Assembly: GCA_013239625.1 (NCBI GenBank)
Contig: MU054212.1
Span: 2,294,001 to 2,358,000 of the forward strand
DNA: 64,000 nt
Direction of reading: 5' to 3'
Origin: Lama guanicoe
Taxonomy: Eukaryota
Position 1 is the first letter of the stretch; every line of letters starts with the position of its first letter. This document shows positions 1-12,385 of the stretch, in pieces. Below the pieces are notes generated by a model. The model saw nothing but the letters and a program-made list of their open reading frames with translations, was not told the DNA's origin and ran no database searches. The position numbers and the translations under genes are program-made.

Positions 1-701
1 GGGTGGGGGTTGGGGTTCGATTTTCTCAGTGCTCCTGCCATGCCCCTACCTGTAGTCCTGCCCCAGCACATAATCCTGTCCCTCCTCCAGGGGAAGAGTG
101 TGATTGTATGTTTGTATCTTTGGCTACAATGAGTTTTTCCTATGTTCTAAGGGTGACAGTGACTGTTGCCTTTCTCCCAGCAGTTGAAGCCTTGTATTTC
201 ATAACACAGGTGAGGAAAAGGGTATGGGCAGGCTTCTGTGCCCTCCTCGTAGCATCTGCTGCTCTCTCCCTCAGACTTGCACCACAAGGGATGGGTATGA
301 GACCACTACAATCTGTTTTTGTGAATGCCTAGTGATGTCCATAGAAAGGAGCCTAAAAGTTGGTGCAAATTCTCCCTATATCTATGATTCGAAGGAACTA
401 CATATTCTCTCAACAGCCACACTCAGTCTATCCCCATTCATTAACAATTCTTGATAAAATTTTTCTGCTAGTGTTTGGCTGCATCTGCCTCAGATAAGCA
501 AGTGCTCAGGTCCTGTCTTCCCTAAAGGAAACCTGTATCTTCTTGGGTTTGGGGCTGTTTGCCATGTGACCTCAGCTCCCCTAATGACTTAAAGAAAGCT
601 GTGAACTTGAAGTCTGTCCACGATTTTTGTGTTGTTTTTGTTGTTCAGAGTGTGAGCGGTGCTTTTTCCAAATTTCTACATCCTAAGCAAAGATTGGAAA
701 T
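1..701 (-). mobile_element. LINE-1 5' UTR fragment (L1MC-like), running off the window start
   Basis: The stretch 'tgtgacctcagctcccctaatgacttaaagaaagctgtgaacttgaagtctgtcc...ttccaaatttctacatcctaagcaaagattggaaat' resembles the reverse complement of the old L1MC 5' terminus as I recall it. Confidence 0.65.
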
Positions 702-894
702 ACTTGTTTTTTGATTTTCTTCTTCTTTTCCCAGTGAAAAATTTTTAGGCTATGAATTTTAGAATATTCATTTTATATATGCATTTTAGAATTCTACGCC
801 TATCTTTACAAGGAGTGTGATGTTCCTTTATCTCTTACACCAATGTTTTTCTTTCTATAGGTGGAAATATATTTCCTTTAAATTGACATTCTTT

Positions 895-1045
895 AGCACT
901 TTGTACTTATAAAGTACTTTAGAATCATTTATGTACTTTTCTCTGTAACAATCATGTGAGGCAAATGAGCAGCATCTGCCCTTTTTTAGATGAGGGAATT
1001 AAAATACAGAGATATGTAGTCATTTATCTAGGATCAGAGCAAAGC
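895..1045 (-). mobile_element. MIR SINE fragment
   Basis: Degenerate antisense MIR core 'ttttttagatgagggaattaaaatacagagatatgtagtcatttatctaggatcagagc'. Confidence 0.55.
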
Positions 1046-2574
1046 CATCTTAAAACTTCAAAACTTAATGGGAGCAGTCATTTTAGGCACCTGCTCTGAC
1101 ATTCATTGGGGCAAAACTGCCAGAACATTCTTCTCCAGAACCACAGGGAGAAATCAAGCTTCATTAGAATAGTTACAATAGTAAATTTTTATGTATTTTG
1201 AACATTAAATTTAAACTCAGCCTAGTTAAATGACCTTTGTGATTTCCAAAGAACTTTGCCAAGTCTTTACTATGCTATTGTCCTGAGTACAGGGCACGCT
1301 GTGATAGAAAAAGAACAGCTTTAATTCCCTTTTCACTTAGATCCTAGTAGCAATGGATCAACAGATACAGAAAGAATGTCAATGCAGTCAACCATGGAAG
1401 GAATATAGTCCTATGTCGGGCAACAACCAACTTCTTCATTTCACCTGGGGGAGTCTCTTGCATCCAAGCGTGCCCTTCTCTATAATCAAGGCACTAGTGT
1501 TCTCATGTCCCTTTTGTGAACTGCCTTTGGTTCCAGGCACTGAAGCTACCAACTGTTGATCTTACTTTGAGCTTCTTTGTCTCCCATGTATCAGTGTTCT
1601 CTAGCAGCATGTTCAGACCAATCAGGTCCACAACAGAAAAAAATGAGTATTGGATCTTAGAGCTTGATAAAAACAGAAGTAGGAAATCACATTTTTCAGC
1701 AACCCAAGATCAACCACTGTTTTTTCTTGCATTTAAAAACAAAAGACTCTGGTTTTAAACAAAATTAAAATAGAGGCCAAATCAAAGAGCTGAGTCCTCA
1801 CTCCCTTTTCATTAAATTTTCACTGTCTAGGCTACAAGTCAGTCAATAATGACTGTTGTGTGTGTAAATCTGAGCAAATACACAGTAGGGAGATACAGCA
1901 TCAATAGTCATGAGCAGGGGGTTAGAGGTGACAGAAGTAAATGAATCAGAGCTCAGATTTTGAAAGCCATGCCAAGCTCTCACTTTCCTGTGGCAACCTG
2001 AAAGCAACTGTCTGTCAGAGCAAGGAGGGCAACTGGGTTACCATAGGACCCTTCCAAATGGAACCACCTTTACTTCAAAGAGTAAACTGTGTTTGAGTTG
2101 ATACAAAGAGGAAAATATCAAAGTGCAAAGAAATGAATATAATTTTTCCATAAAATGTAATGCTCAGTGGAATGTTAGTGCATCCATGACTTAGACTCTG
2201 ATTTCATGCTAATTTTGATGAAAGTTGGAGGAAATTGTTTGCTACAGATTAAAGAGCTCCATGCTTACAAGCTCACTGCTGTTTACCTACCACACATCCT
2301 CATTCTGTTCACTAAGTGCTAACATTTGCTGCAAACCTTGCAAACCTAAAATAATGCTTAAATGTTATTCTACAAATGGGTCAAAGACCATGAATGAAAT
2401 AATGGGTCAAAAGACTTAATCTTTTGTGAGAAAATATCATCCTATCAGACTAATGAAACAATTGGAACAACCCAGCCTGACTGTTAATGATAAGTTTTGA
2501 AGTGTGGTGATGAGAAACAGTGTGGGAGAGGAAGATATAAATGTACGAGAGACAGGCAATAAAAGAAAGATGGG

Positions 2575-2990
2575 AGAGTTCCAGGTAAGATGGAATTAGC
2601 ACACCATGCCCATTTCTCCCACTGAATCAACCATAAAACTTCAACTGAATGCACAGAGCTTATGTTTGAGGTCCCTGAGTAGTAAATAGCAGCAAGCTAA
2701 TCAGCAAAGAGTACCAGGTTTGAAGTGCCACTGAGCCAGTGCCACTGAGTCCTCTAACCCTCACCTGTATCTCTCAGCCTGAATTAGTGCAGCTGAAACC
2801 AGGAGGGAACAGACAGTGAAGTTAAGGAGAAGCCCTGTAGCTCTGGCTGGAGGAGTGAGGAAGCGAACTCCCCAGTGCTCAGAGAGAGTGTAGAAATTCT
2901 CTGCTTTTTGTGGTTATTTGTTCCATCCTCTATTTTCTTCATTCCCTCATGCACCAGCCACAAGACAATCCACTAAGGCAGTGGTAGTGA
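2575..2990 (+). mobile_element. Old L1 5' UTR fragment
   Basis: Begins 'gagttccaggtaagatgg', similar to the L1M 5' start 'gacttccggtaagatgg', and lies directly upstream of an L1 3' end on the same strand. Confidence 0.5.
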
Positions 2991-3009
2991 CCAGTAATGA
3001 CCAGTAATT

Positions 3010-4150
3010 GCACATTCATATGCAAAAAAAAACCCTCAACTTCAGTCTCACACCTTATTCAAAAATTATCTTAAAATAAATCATAGATCTAAATATAAAG
3101 CATAAACTATAAATTTCTAGAACAAAATATAGAAGGAAATCTTCCTGATTTGGATTAGGCAAACAGATCTTTGACATGACACCAAAAATGCAATCCATAT
3201 AAGAAAAAATTCATAAATTGAAAAACTTTTGATTATCAATATCAATGTTAAGAGAATGAAACAGCATGCTACAGACAGAGAAAATATTTGAGTCACAGAT
3301 CTGACAAAGGACTTATACTAATATATAAAGAATTCTCAAAATAACAAGGAAAAAATAAGCATTAAAAAATGGGCAAAAGACTTGAACAGACCCTTTACTC
3401 ATGAGGATATAAGGATGGGAAAAAGCACATGAAAACATGTTCATCATTAGTCACTAAGGAAATACAATTTAAAGTCATGGTAAGTACAACTGCACACTTA
3501 TTAGAATGGCTAAAATAAAAATACCCTGTGGAGCAACAAAGTTCTCCTCCACTGCTGCTGGAAGTGCAAAATTATATAGCCAATGGGAAATTGTGTGGTT
3601 TAAAAATGCTCTTAACCTATGATCCAGCAATTCCATTCCTCAATATCTACCCTAGAAAAATTAACATGTATGTTCTTAAAACAACCAGTTCATGGATGTT
3701 TACAGTAGCTCTATTCATAACTGCCAAAAGCTGGAACCAATCCATTGTCCTTCGATGGTTGAAAAGATAAACTGCGGTACACTCATTAATGGAATATTAC
3801 TCAGCAATGAATAGGAACAAATTTTTGATAGATGCAGCAACTTGGATGAATCTTAAAGCATTATTTTACAGAAGTCAGTTTCAAATGTTGTATAGTGTGT
3901 GATTATATTTATATGGCATGTTCAATAAGATAAAACTGGAGGCATGGAGATCATGTCAGTGGTTGCTAGAGGGTGAGTGAGGGAAGAGTTGACTATAAAG
4001 AAATAGTAAACAAGTTGTAGGGGTAAAAGGAACTGTTCTGTATCCTGGTTGTAGGGGTGGTTGCATGAATCTATACATGTGTTAAAATTCACAAAACTGT
4101 GCACCTTAAGAAATGTTCATTTTAGTTAGGTAGTATTTTTTTTCCAAAAA
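3010..4150 (+). mobile_element. LINE-1 ORF2 3' end plus 3' UTR (L1MD/L1ME-class), decayed
   Basis: ORF 3528-3770 gives the L1 ORF2 C-terminal motif 'LTYDPAIPFLNIYP...MFTVALFITAKSWNQ'. DNA hallmarks are 'aaatgggcaaaagacttgaacagac' and the 3' UTR 'gaatctatacatgtgttaaaattcacaaaactgtgcacc'. Confidence 0.9.
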
Positions 4151-7100
4151 GAGATACAAAATTGAACCAAAAGGAATTTCTAATCTTCAAATTCATTTTA
4201 AGATGTTGATTTCAAGTCCAGGAACCAGAGGCATGTAGTGACTGCAGACTAATACTATCCTACCTCTGAATCCTGCCAGCAGAGTCAAGGTTCCCTTAAC
4301 CCACTGAAAACAGAGTATATTGACAGACTGTCAATTCTTTGGATGATCTGACAGCTGTAAATGGACAATCTGTATAATCCTGGCTGACCAGAAATATTTT
4401 TCTGTCAATTATTCAAATCCATTGTCTACATGGCCAAATTCCCCAAGGGGTTGCCAACTCATCACATTTCTAAATATTTTGCAGACTGATTATTGGCCTT
4501 GATTTAATTTGCTCTAACATCACTGTTTTCTTTTTTCTACCTTCTGAAATCTATACTTTTCTTGGTCTCTTTGTCTTATGAGTAACTCCCAAAACCGGAA
4601 GCCTCCATTTTACGTCAGATCCATATCACCCCTTATTTCTTTAACTTTCATTTCTTCCCTGAAACCTACTTAAATATAGCTGCTTCTCTTTGAGTGGGTA
4701 AATATACATTAAGGCGGCAGGTTATCTGGTACTGGCCTAGGCCAAGAGAGGCTAATGGTCTGTTTTCTGCTCAATTTCTCCCTCCATCACTTCATCACAA
4801 ATGTTTAGAGAAACCCGCTCAAGGTCAGCGTGCTCTAGCATCCCTTTCCCTTCCCTCCAGCTCTGAGAGCAGGCAGCTGGGTCATGCGGATCACCACGAA
4901 CTGCCTACTTTGGAGCCCTCATTGCTTTCTCCTACCTTCTAATAGTATGTTGGTTAGTAAGCATCGCCTACAATAAACAAACAATAAAACTTAAGGGATA
5001 TATTTTAGAGAGGGGCACCATCCTTGTTTCTATCAGGGGAGCTGTGCCAGGGTTTCTGTACCAAGCCTCCTAGTCTTATGGATTCAGGTTCCAATTTAGC
5101 TGACGTTGTAAATGCTTTTTATACGTCAGCTGCTTCTCCCATATATTATCTCACTTAATCCCTGAGAATTCCCATCATCTTGAAAGTACATATGAAGCAT
5201 TAATTTGCATTACGTGCTGTGTTAAACTTGGGACAATAGCCATTTCAGAACCTCCTAGGATCTTGTAACATCATAGAACACAGATTTCCTAGAGTATCCC
5301 TTAAGTGTTTGTTCTGTGAATTTAAGAGAGAATGCCTTGGTATGTGGGCATCATTGCATTTAACGTGGAAGTGCAATGTGCTCACCTTGAGGGACAGCAC
5401 AGGTTACAACCCTTTCTTAATCGTCGCAAGCGAGGAAGTGTGCATAACGTTATACTCGGTGGGGTACATGGTGCTTTTCACCCACAAATAGAAGCTAATT
5501 AATGATGATGATGGGTACGGTGTATACTTGTACCATGAGCCAATCTGTCACAATCCAGAAGCTTTGGACAAGTTACTATCATAGCCCTTGGCTGAGCAAA
5601 GCTAGAGCATTCTGCTGGATGACTGTGCTGCGTCTTTGCGTCTTTTTTTCCTTGTCATGGTAAAGGATAACAATAGCTAAGCAGAGGCAGTTAGAGGAGG
5701 GAGTCATCATTGCTTATTTTTTCACTTAACCAGTGCCAAAATCAATTTTGAAGCATTATCTCAAAGTTGCTTTCAACTTGATCTGGGTGTTTCTCTTCAG
5801 CTAGAATATCACCCCCTACACTGCAATCTTTATTACATCACACTAATCTAATTTAAATGCATTTTTACTGTACTTGGTTTAATGAATGTTGGAAAGTGTC
5901 ACTGGGAAATTGCACCATTAATTTGATAAATAGGACTTGAAGGTATAATTTTTTCCAGCATTGCAGACTAATGAAGCTAAAATACATATATAATAAGAAG
6001 TGTAAATAATAAATTATTCTTAGGAGCAAAAAAATTAATTAGATCTTACCACAAATTGCATCTCAATGTCAATTTTTTTTTTCAAAACTACTGACTTTCA
6101 AACTACTTGGAACACCATTGTAAACCTTAGAAAGTTTCTCAAGTGATTACCTCCCATCCTGGGAATCCGTTTTAAGAAACTGCTATTGTTCAAAAAATCT
6201 TTTTAAGATGCCAGTACGGATCCCCTGTTGTCATATCTACCGGGCATTAAGAGTATCTAGATGAATTAATCTTCTTCTTAAAGTTGCACAGTTTTATTTA
6301 TTCATAAAGACTTTTACAAATCCTTTCAGATAGTATGCTGTGGAGATGGGAAAAAAAAAACCCAAAAAACAGGAGACCTCATATGCAAATTTGCTTCTAA
6401 AGGTGACAGAACTCCATTTCCAGTGATTTAGGGGGAAAATTCCTCCAGCAAGCTCACTTTTCACCAGGAAGTCTGTGTCATCCCGGGGCTGAAGGATGTG
6501 ATAACAGAGAGTGATGGGTCACACCCCAATTACTGTTCAGATGCACGCTCCGTGGGTAAGAACCAGACAGTAGATAAGCCGGAAATTAGCTATGTAATAT
6601 GCACACTAAAACCAGAGACCAGATAATGCTCCAAATGAGATTCTATTCCTTCGGTGGAGAAAAAGGAATTCTGACTATGACTGGCATAAGTGAGTTTTGA
6701 TTCAGGTTCAGCATAAAAGCAATAACTTTAGTGTTCGTACATATTAACCAGTAATTCTTAGAATTCTGATTAATGAAATCCTTACTGAAGACATTAGCTA
6801 CAGGATGCCCATCAGCTTATAAACACAAAGACCCCTAAAGCCAAAATGTAAGGTGATACAAAGCCCATTCAGAGACTTCAGTCCTTGTTTTTAGTATCTA
6901 TGTTAATTTGAAAAACAAAGTATCCATCATGTACAATAACTATGTTTTATTTTTTATTTATCAGCTATGAGGATTTTTTTTAGCTTTATCGTCAAGATGA
7001 GGCTAAATTTTTCCATATAGAAAGACTGCAAGGAAAGGGGAAAGAAGCTTGGGATTAGAATGAACAGTGTGGGGTCCACCCACTCTCTCTTTGTCCCCAG

Positions 7101-8179
7101 CTGGAGGTCTGTACATTCAGAGACAGTTTAATCACGGTCCCTTCCCTGGCCCGATGCAGGACCCTGAGCCAAATGCTATCCCTGGCCTTCTCTAATTCCT
7201 AGTGTGTAGTTTAACAAACAATGTTTTTATTCCTTGTTATTTGATTTGATGCCAAAATTCTGACGTGGCATCAGTTTTGTTGCCAGATAATGCATTAAAC
7301 CTTACTAAGGGGTAAACATAATGATCTTCATTAAACCCTTTAAATGAACCCACCTCCTGCTTCTTCAGGTTGAGAAAAGCACTGACAGGCAACATTGTAG
7401 AAGCGTCTTGGAGCTATTTTCTTCTTGTAACAGGGGGAGGGAGAGATGAGTGGCAGCTTTTAGGGGGCTAAAGAAAGTTAGGTAAACATAAAAGGTTTTG
7501 TAAGATTTCCTTTCCTAATGACAAAGTTTTAGAGCAATAAATCACAATTCAGTCAATACCATTAGTTTGCGGGCATTATATACCCTCATTAAAGTGCATA
7601 AACAATTATATTTATTGAAGGTAATGTAGTGTGTAGTGCATTATAACGACACTCATTAACATATGTAATCATCATTTGAATGGGCTTTACTACAATGTAA
7701 ACTGATAATGGCATGATTACACACTGGGTTATTAACTTTTCAGTCTTAAGATAATGAAAGGTGATGCAAGAAACCAAAAGCACATATGCATGGCCCTTCA
7801 TTTGTGAGTTATGCATTTCCATGCCAAATTTTAAGCTCAGGTACCCAAGCTCAGGAGCTGTCTCTTTTTTGCCTGTCGTCTTGACAGAACACTAGACTCA
7901 ACGTAGTGCTTGGAAGATGGGGAGAGTAAGTGACAGGAAGTATCTCAGACCCAATTAGGAAGATAATTCTGTGGGTGACCCTATTTCTATCTTACACTAT
8001 GGCTTGTTCATGCTCTGGTTTCAATACCTTTCCACCCTAGACTCTGACAATATCACATCTCTAAGAAAAATGGGAACTTCCTCCAAAGTTTCTTTGAAAA
8101 TTTCACTGAAGAGGTATTTGGCTAATGATGGGAAAACACTGGAAAAAATGATGGACATTCTATGAAAGTGGCAAAGTCA

Positions 8180-8590
8180 TGAAAGATGGATCCTGGACCA
8201 GAATTTTTTTCTCTGTCTCTTGCTGTAAAGATGTTCTTATTAGGACAATTGGAAAAATTTAAATATGGTCTGTGGATTAGATAATAGCATTTTATCAATG
8301 TCAGTTGCTGGATTTTGATATTTTTACTGTAATATAAGAAGATGTTCTTGTTCTTTATCCACATAGGACTATTTAGGAGTGAAGGCCTTTTATGTTTGCA
8401 ACTTACTCTCAAATGAATCAAAAATAATAATGTCTATATATACACTTAATCGTAATGATAGCAATAATAATACAGAGAATCATGAAGTAAATATAATAAA
8501 AATTAACATAATTTGAGTGAAGGATAGTCATGCATTCTTTGCTCTAGTCTTGCAACATTCCCTAAGTCTGAAATTATTTCAGATTTTAAA
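8180..8590 (+). mobile_element. LINE-1 3' UTR (L1MC4/L1MC5-like)
   Basis: 'ttattaggacaattggaaaaatttaaatatggtctgtggattagataatagcattttatcaatgtc...tgcaacttactctcaaatg...aagtctgaaattatttc' matches the L1MC 3' end as recalled. Confidence 0.75.
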
Positions 8591-11500
8591 GAAGAGAGAG
8601 CCACTTAGAATTTAAAAATTGATCATGAAAAGGCCATGACTTTAATTAAGTGGATCTGCTGGTTGGTGTTTCTCAGCAACAAGTCTGCATAGCGATCAGG
8701 ATCTCAGTAGTGATTTATGTCCTTTATCTGCTCTGTCAGTGAAAGTCTCAGATTTGAGAGGACAGTTCTTAAGATACCTATTTCCTATATTTGAGAGTCA
8801 GGAATGACAAAAGGTTTGTAATATGAAAGGTGAAAGACATCGTACTCTGATCACCTAGATTAAAGAGTGGTAGCAGTAGCCACTTACAATTCCCCTTAAC
8901 CATGGCTTCACAACCAGTTTCGAGAGTCGTTCTCAAAAGAACGATTGATTTACATCTCTGCCTAAGCCTTAAGGAAAGCACTGCTGTTTGCCTCCCACAC
9001 TTCTGCTTTCTCTCTCTTAGGCAGCACCCAAACTCAAACTAATGGGTCATGGAGAATAGGCACAAATTTACCAACCACACTTACTGTAGGGAGAATGAGG
9101 CAAATACAGTAATGTAGTAAAATTATCCAAGACACTGAAGGGAGAACAGAGATAAAACTAATCTCAGAAATTTCTGGCATTAGTCCTCTTGTGTCCCTTT
9201 AGACATACTCCTGTGAAAGCAGTAATAATTAATATATCTTAAAATTTGCTTTAGAATGTATTTTCTTTGGTTTTCTAATTTTCAGACTTTCACAGAAATT
9301 GGGGACTTCTATAGCTAAGAGCTACCCATTTCAAAGTACAGTTGTAAGAGCAGAATTGACTGTCTTCAAGAATTGCAAAGAAAAATTAATCAATAGGTCT
9401 CCATAAATAAGAGGAAATGCATCCTACATACGCCATTTATATATGGATGACTAGACCTGAAGATTACATCTACTGGGTTAATGTTTTTATTAAATCATAT
9501 TAGTGTTGGCACAATAATCTTTCCTCATTATAAACACTGAGCACTTTCATTTGCTACAGGGTATAGCTTTAAGAGATTTCCAATTGACTGACAGCTGCCT
9601 GTCAACTTCTAACTCTGGAGAGATCCAGGAACTCAGCCTGCAAAGCTCCAGGGAATTCCAGGGAGCTCCACAATGGCTAATGGCTGTCCATTAGTGTGAG
9701 GCCCAGTGGAGCCCTAGAATCTGTTAAGTGGGAAGTTCTTACTGTAGAAGGTCATGCAATTCCCTATTGCCATCTGAGAGAACTGGGAAAATTCAACTTG
9801 AAGCAAAGTCTGGGGTGCTGTAAGTTTATGTACTAAGGGAAATCATTTCATGCAGTTTGGTATTACCGTACACCATGTTTTATTTATACTCTATACTGGA
9901 TGAGAAATTGAATACTATGCTCTTTTCTGGCAACGGAAACCTGCCTTATTCTCCTGAACTGGGCACGGCATCAATACAGCAGCTTGCAGCCTCTCTGACT
10001 ATGTATTACAGAGTGGCTTCTGTGCATTTTATATTAAATCCGATATGCACTGTGAGTTTATATGCCACACACACTACATTTTTCTATGTTACGTCCTGCA
10101 ATCTATCATATTAAGTGAAAGGGGTGATGGAGTGGGCCTCAGGTAATGTAAAGAAGATTGCTAACAGCTTGCATGCTGTGTTGAGAGTAGGTACGTATTT
10201 CTGCAGTGTGCTCTGTGTATATATACCGAGTGAGCACACGGCAAACTGACCGTGTAGAGAGTTCAACATCCCTGGCAATGGAATTAACCACCTCTGTACT
10301 ACTAAAATCACCTACCAGCCTCAGACAACATGCCTGCCCCATTAGCGGACAGCAAAATTTCATGTGAGCCAAATTGTCCTCCCCAGAAGTGGGAATAAAA
10401 ATGAGGTCTGGCCCATTAAAGAAAGCAAGCCACTCCCCCCACCCGCACCAAATAGTCAAGCCAGGCTAACAAAGGCCTCAGCACAGGAAACATGGACACG
10501 CATTTAGCAGTCACAGCCTCTGCGCTGTTAATACATGTCTCGTATATTTCAGCCTGGTATGTGGGAGGGACCTGGAGGTCTCATCTCTAAACATCACATA
10601 AAATAACACAAAAGCAACAATTAAGGACTGGTGAAGGAAGAAGTGTTGCCTATCCTTTTTGAAATGAAAGTGCATTTTATTTTCCCCTGACATTATCTGC
10701 TCATGGATCAGAAATCCTAAATCTGGGAATACTCAGAATTGAATTCCCTGCCTCATCACTGCCCCTCAATTTGTTTCTTCTGAAACGTTCTAGATGGGGT
10801 AATACATACATACAAATTTGGTGTCTATCTTTTTAGCATAGCTTTTATAGCTTATTAGGAATTCTGATGGCAAATCTTTATTCTTCTGTGAAAACTTCTT
10901 GGTTCTGCTTGCCTATTGATTTAAAGGTAAATGTTTTCTTGCTACCTGGGGCCCAGGTATTGTGACTGCCCATCAAGACTTTGACTTTGTGTTCAGCCAC
11001 TGTGAGTCCCCCGGTCTTCACTGAGATCCTGTAGTGACTTTAATCTGTAGCTACTAATCTTGGAATTAAACTTAAAGAGAAAAGAACCCCACTATTAGAC
11101 ACTCATGACTGACCACAGGATAGCCCTGCCTTCTCATTGTCACTGCAAAATCTTCTTCTAAAGAGTAGTAAAGGTGGTCACAAGAATGAAGAATCTTTCT
11201 ATCAATATCAGTGAAAAGAACCATCATTTAAGGTGCTGTACAATCACTCATTGTTTCTATTCTTCTAGTACTGATAAACTTCATGTGGTAAGGGGATTGT
11301 AGCTTTTGTAGAAAGAGACACTTGGCCTTGGGTATCAGGCTTTACAATACATCTCTGGTGCAATATTATCAGGTGATACCAATTCATCCCACAGCATTTT
11401 ACAGCTTAACAGAAGGTTTTGATTTCCTGGTGGAGTCTTAATTGATTCTGAATTCTTTAGCATTCAACCTTCCTTGTGATGATTGTTATAAGACTTAATA

Positions 11501-12254
11501 CAGGAAATATTAAGTTTAGACAAAGAAGGCCCAGAAGGGATACTTTTGTGGACTGTCAAAGATATATTTCACTAGTAAGTGGAAGTGCTGAGCCAGCTGA
11601 GGAACGCTGGGTTTAAGCTGTAGGCTGCCATGTGTATTTCTCCAGCTGCCCTGGAGGTGGGGGTTGGGGGGTGGGGGCCCACATGATCCACGATTTCAAC
11701 TGCTAGGTGATGTAGAGAGTGACACTGACAAGCCAAGGAAAATGAGCAAGAGTTACTTCCAGCTTTCCTCCATCAAAGGGAAGGTTGCCAAAATTCAAAA
11801 CTCTTAAGGATACAGGGGAGCAGGAAATGTAGCATCGGAAAAATGACTCTACCAGGAGACGCTCTTGGGCTATACACAGAGGACTGCCTGCAACCTGCTT
11901 TGCTACAAAATTTGCTCTATGTTTCTTTCCTGCTAGTTTTAGAAGGCTTAGGAAAACCTTCCCTCATAACTTTTAAAAAAAACAAGTCTAATCAGAGAAA
12001 CCATGAGGATATGGTATTAATAAAATAAAACCAGTGATGGCAAATGTTTGCTTTCACAGGTGAGAGGAACTGATAATCCTTGGGTTGCTCAAGAGATCTA
12101 GGGCATCACCATGTGCCCATCCCCAAAGTATAAGGATGCTCAGTGCCCTGCCTCCTCCTCTTGATCAGGTGCTTCTGCAGTGCTCCTCACCAATGCAAGT
12201 GGGCAGGTGGAAAAGTGTATCCCTAGTCACCAGGAGGAAGACATTACCTTAACT

Positions 12255-12385
12255 GACTATTTATTCATTCTTTCATTTATTAAAATAAAAATTTTCTGTG
12301 CCTACTATGTGCCCAACACACTAGCATATTTCCAGAAAACAGTGATGAGGAAGACTTTCCTCCTGAAATGATGAAGTTATGTTAT
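12255..12385 (-). mobile_element. L2 3' tail fragment
   Basis: 'tttattcattctttcatttatt...gtgcctactatgtgcccaacac' is an antisense L2 3' terminus. Confidence 0.6.

Noticed and set aside
11653..11678. G-rich run as a G-quadruplex
   Set aside because: Only three tracts of three or more G. The same applies to 1-15 and 37723-37750.
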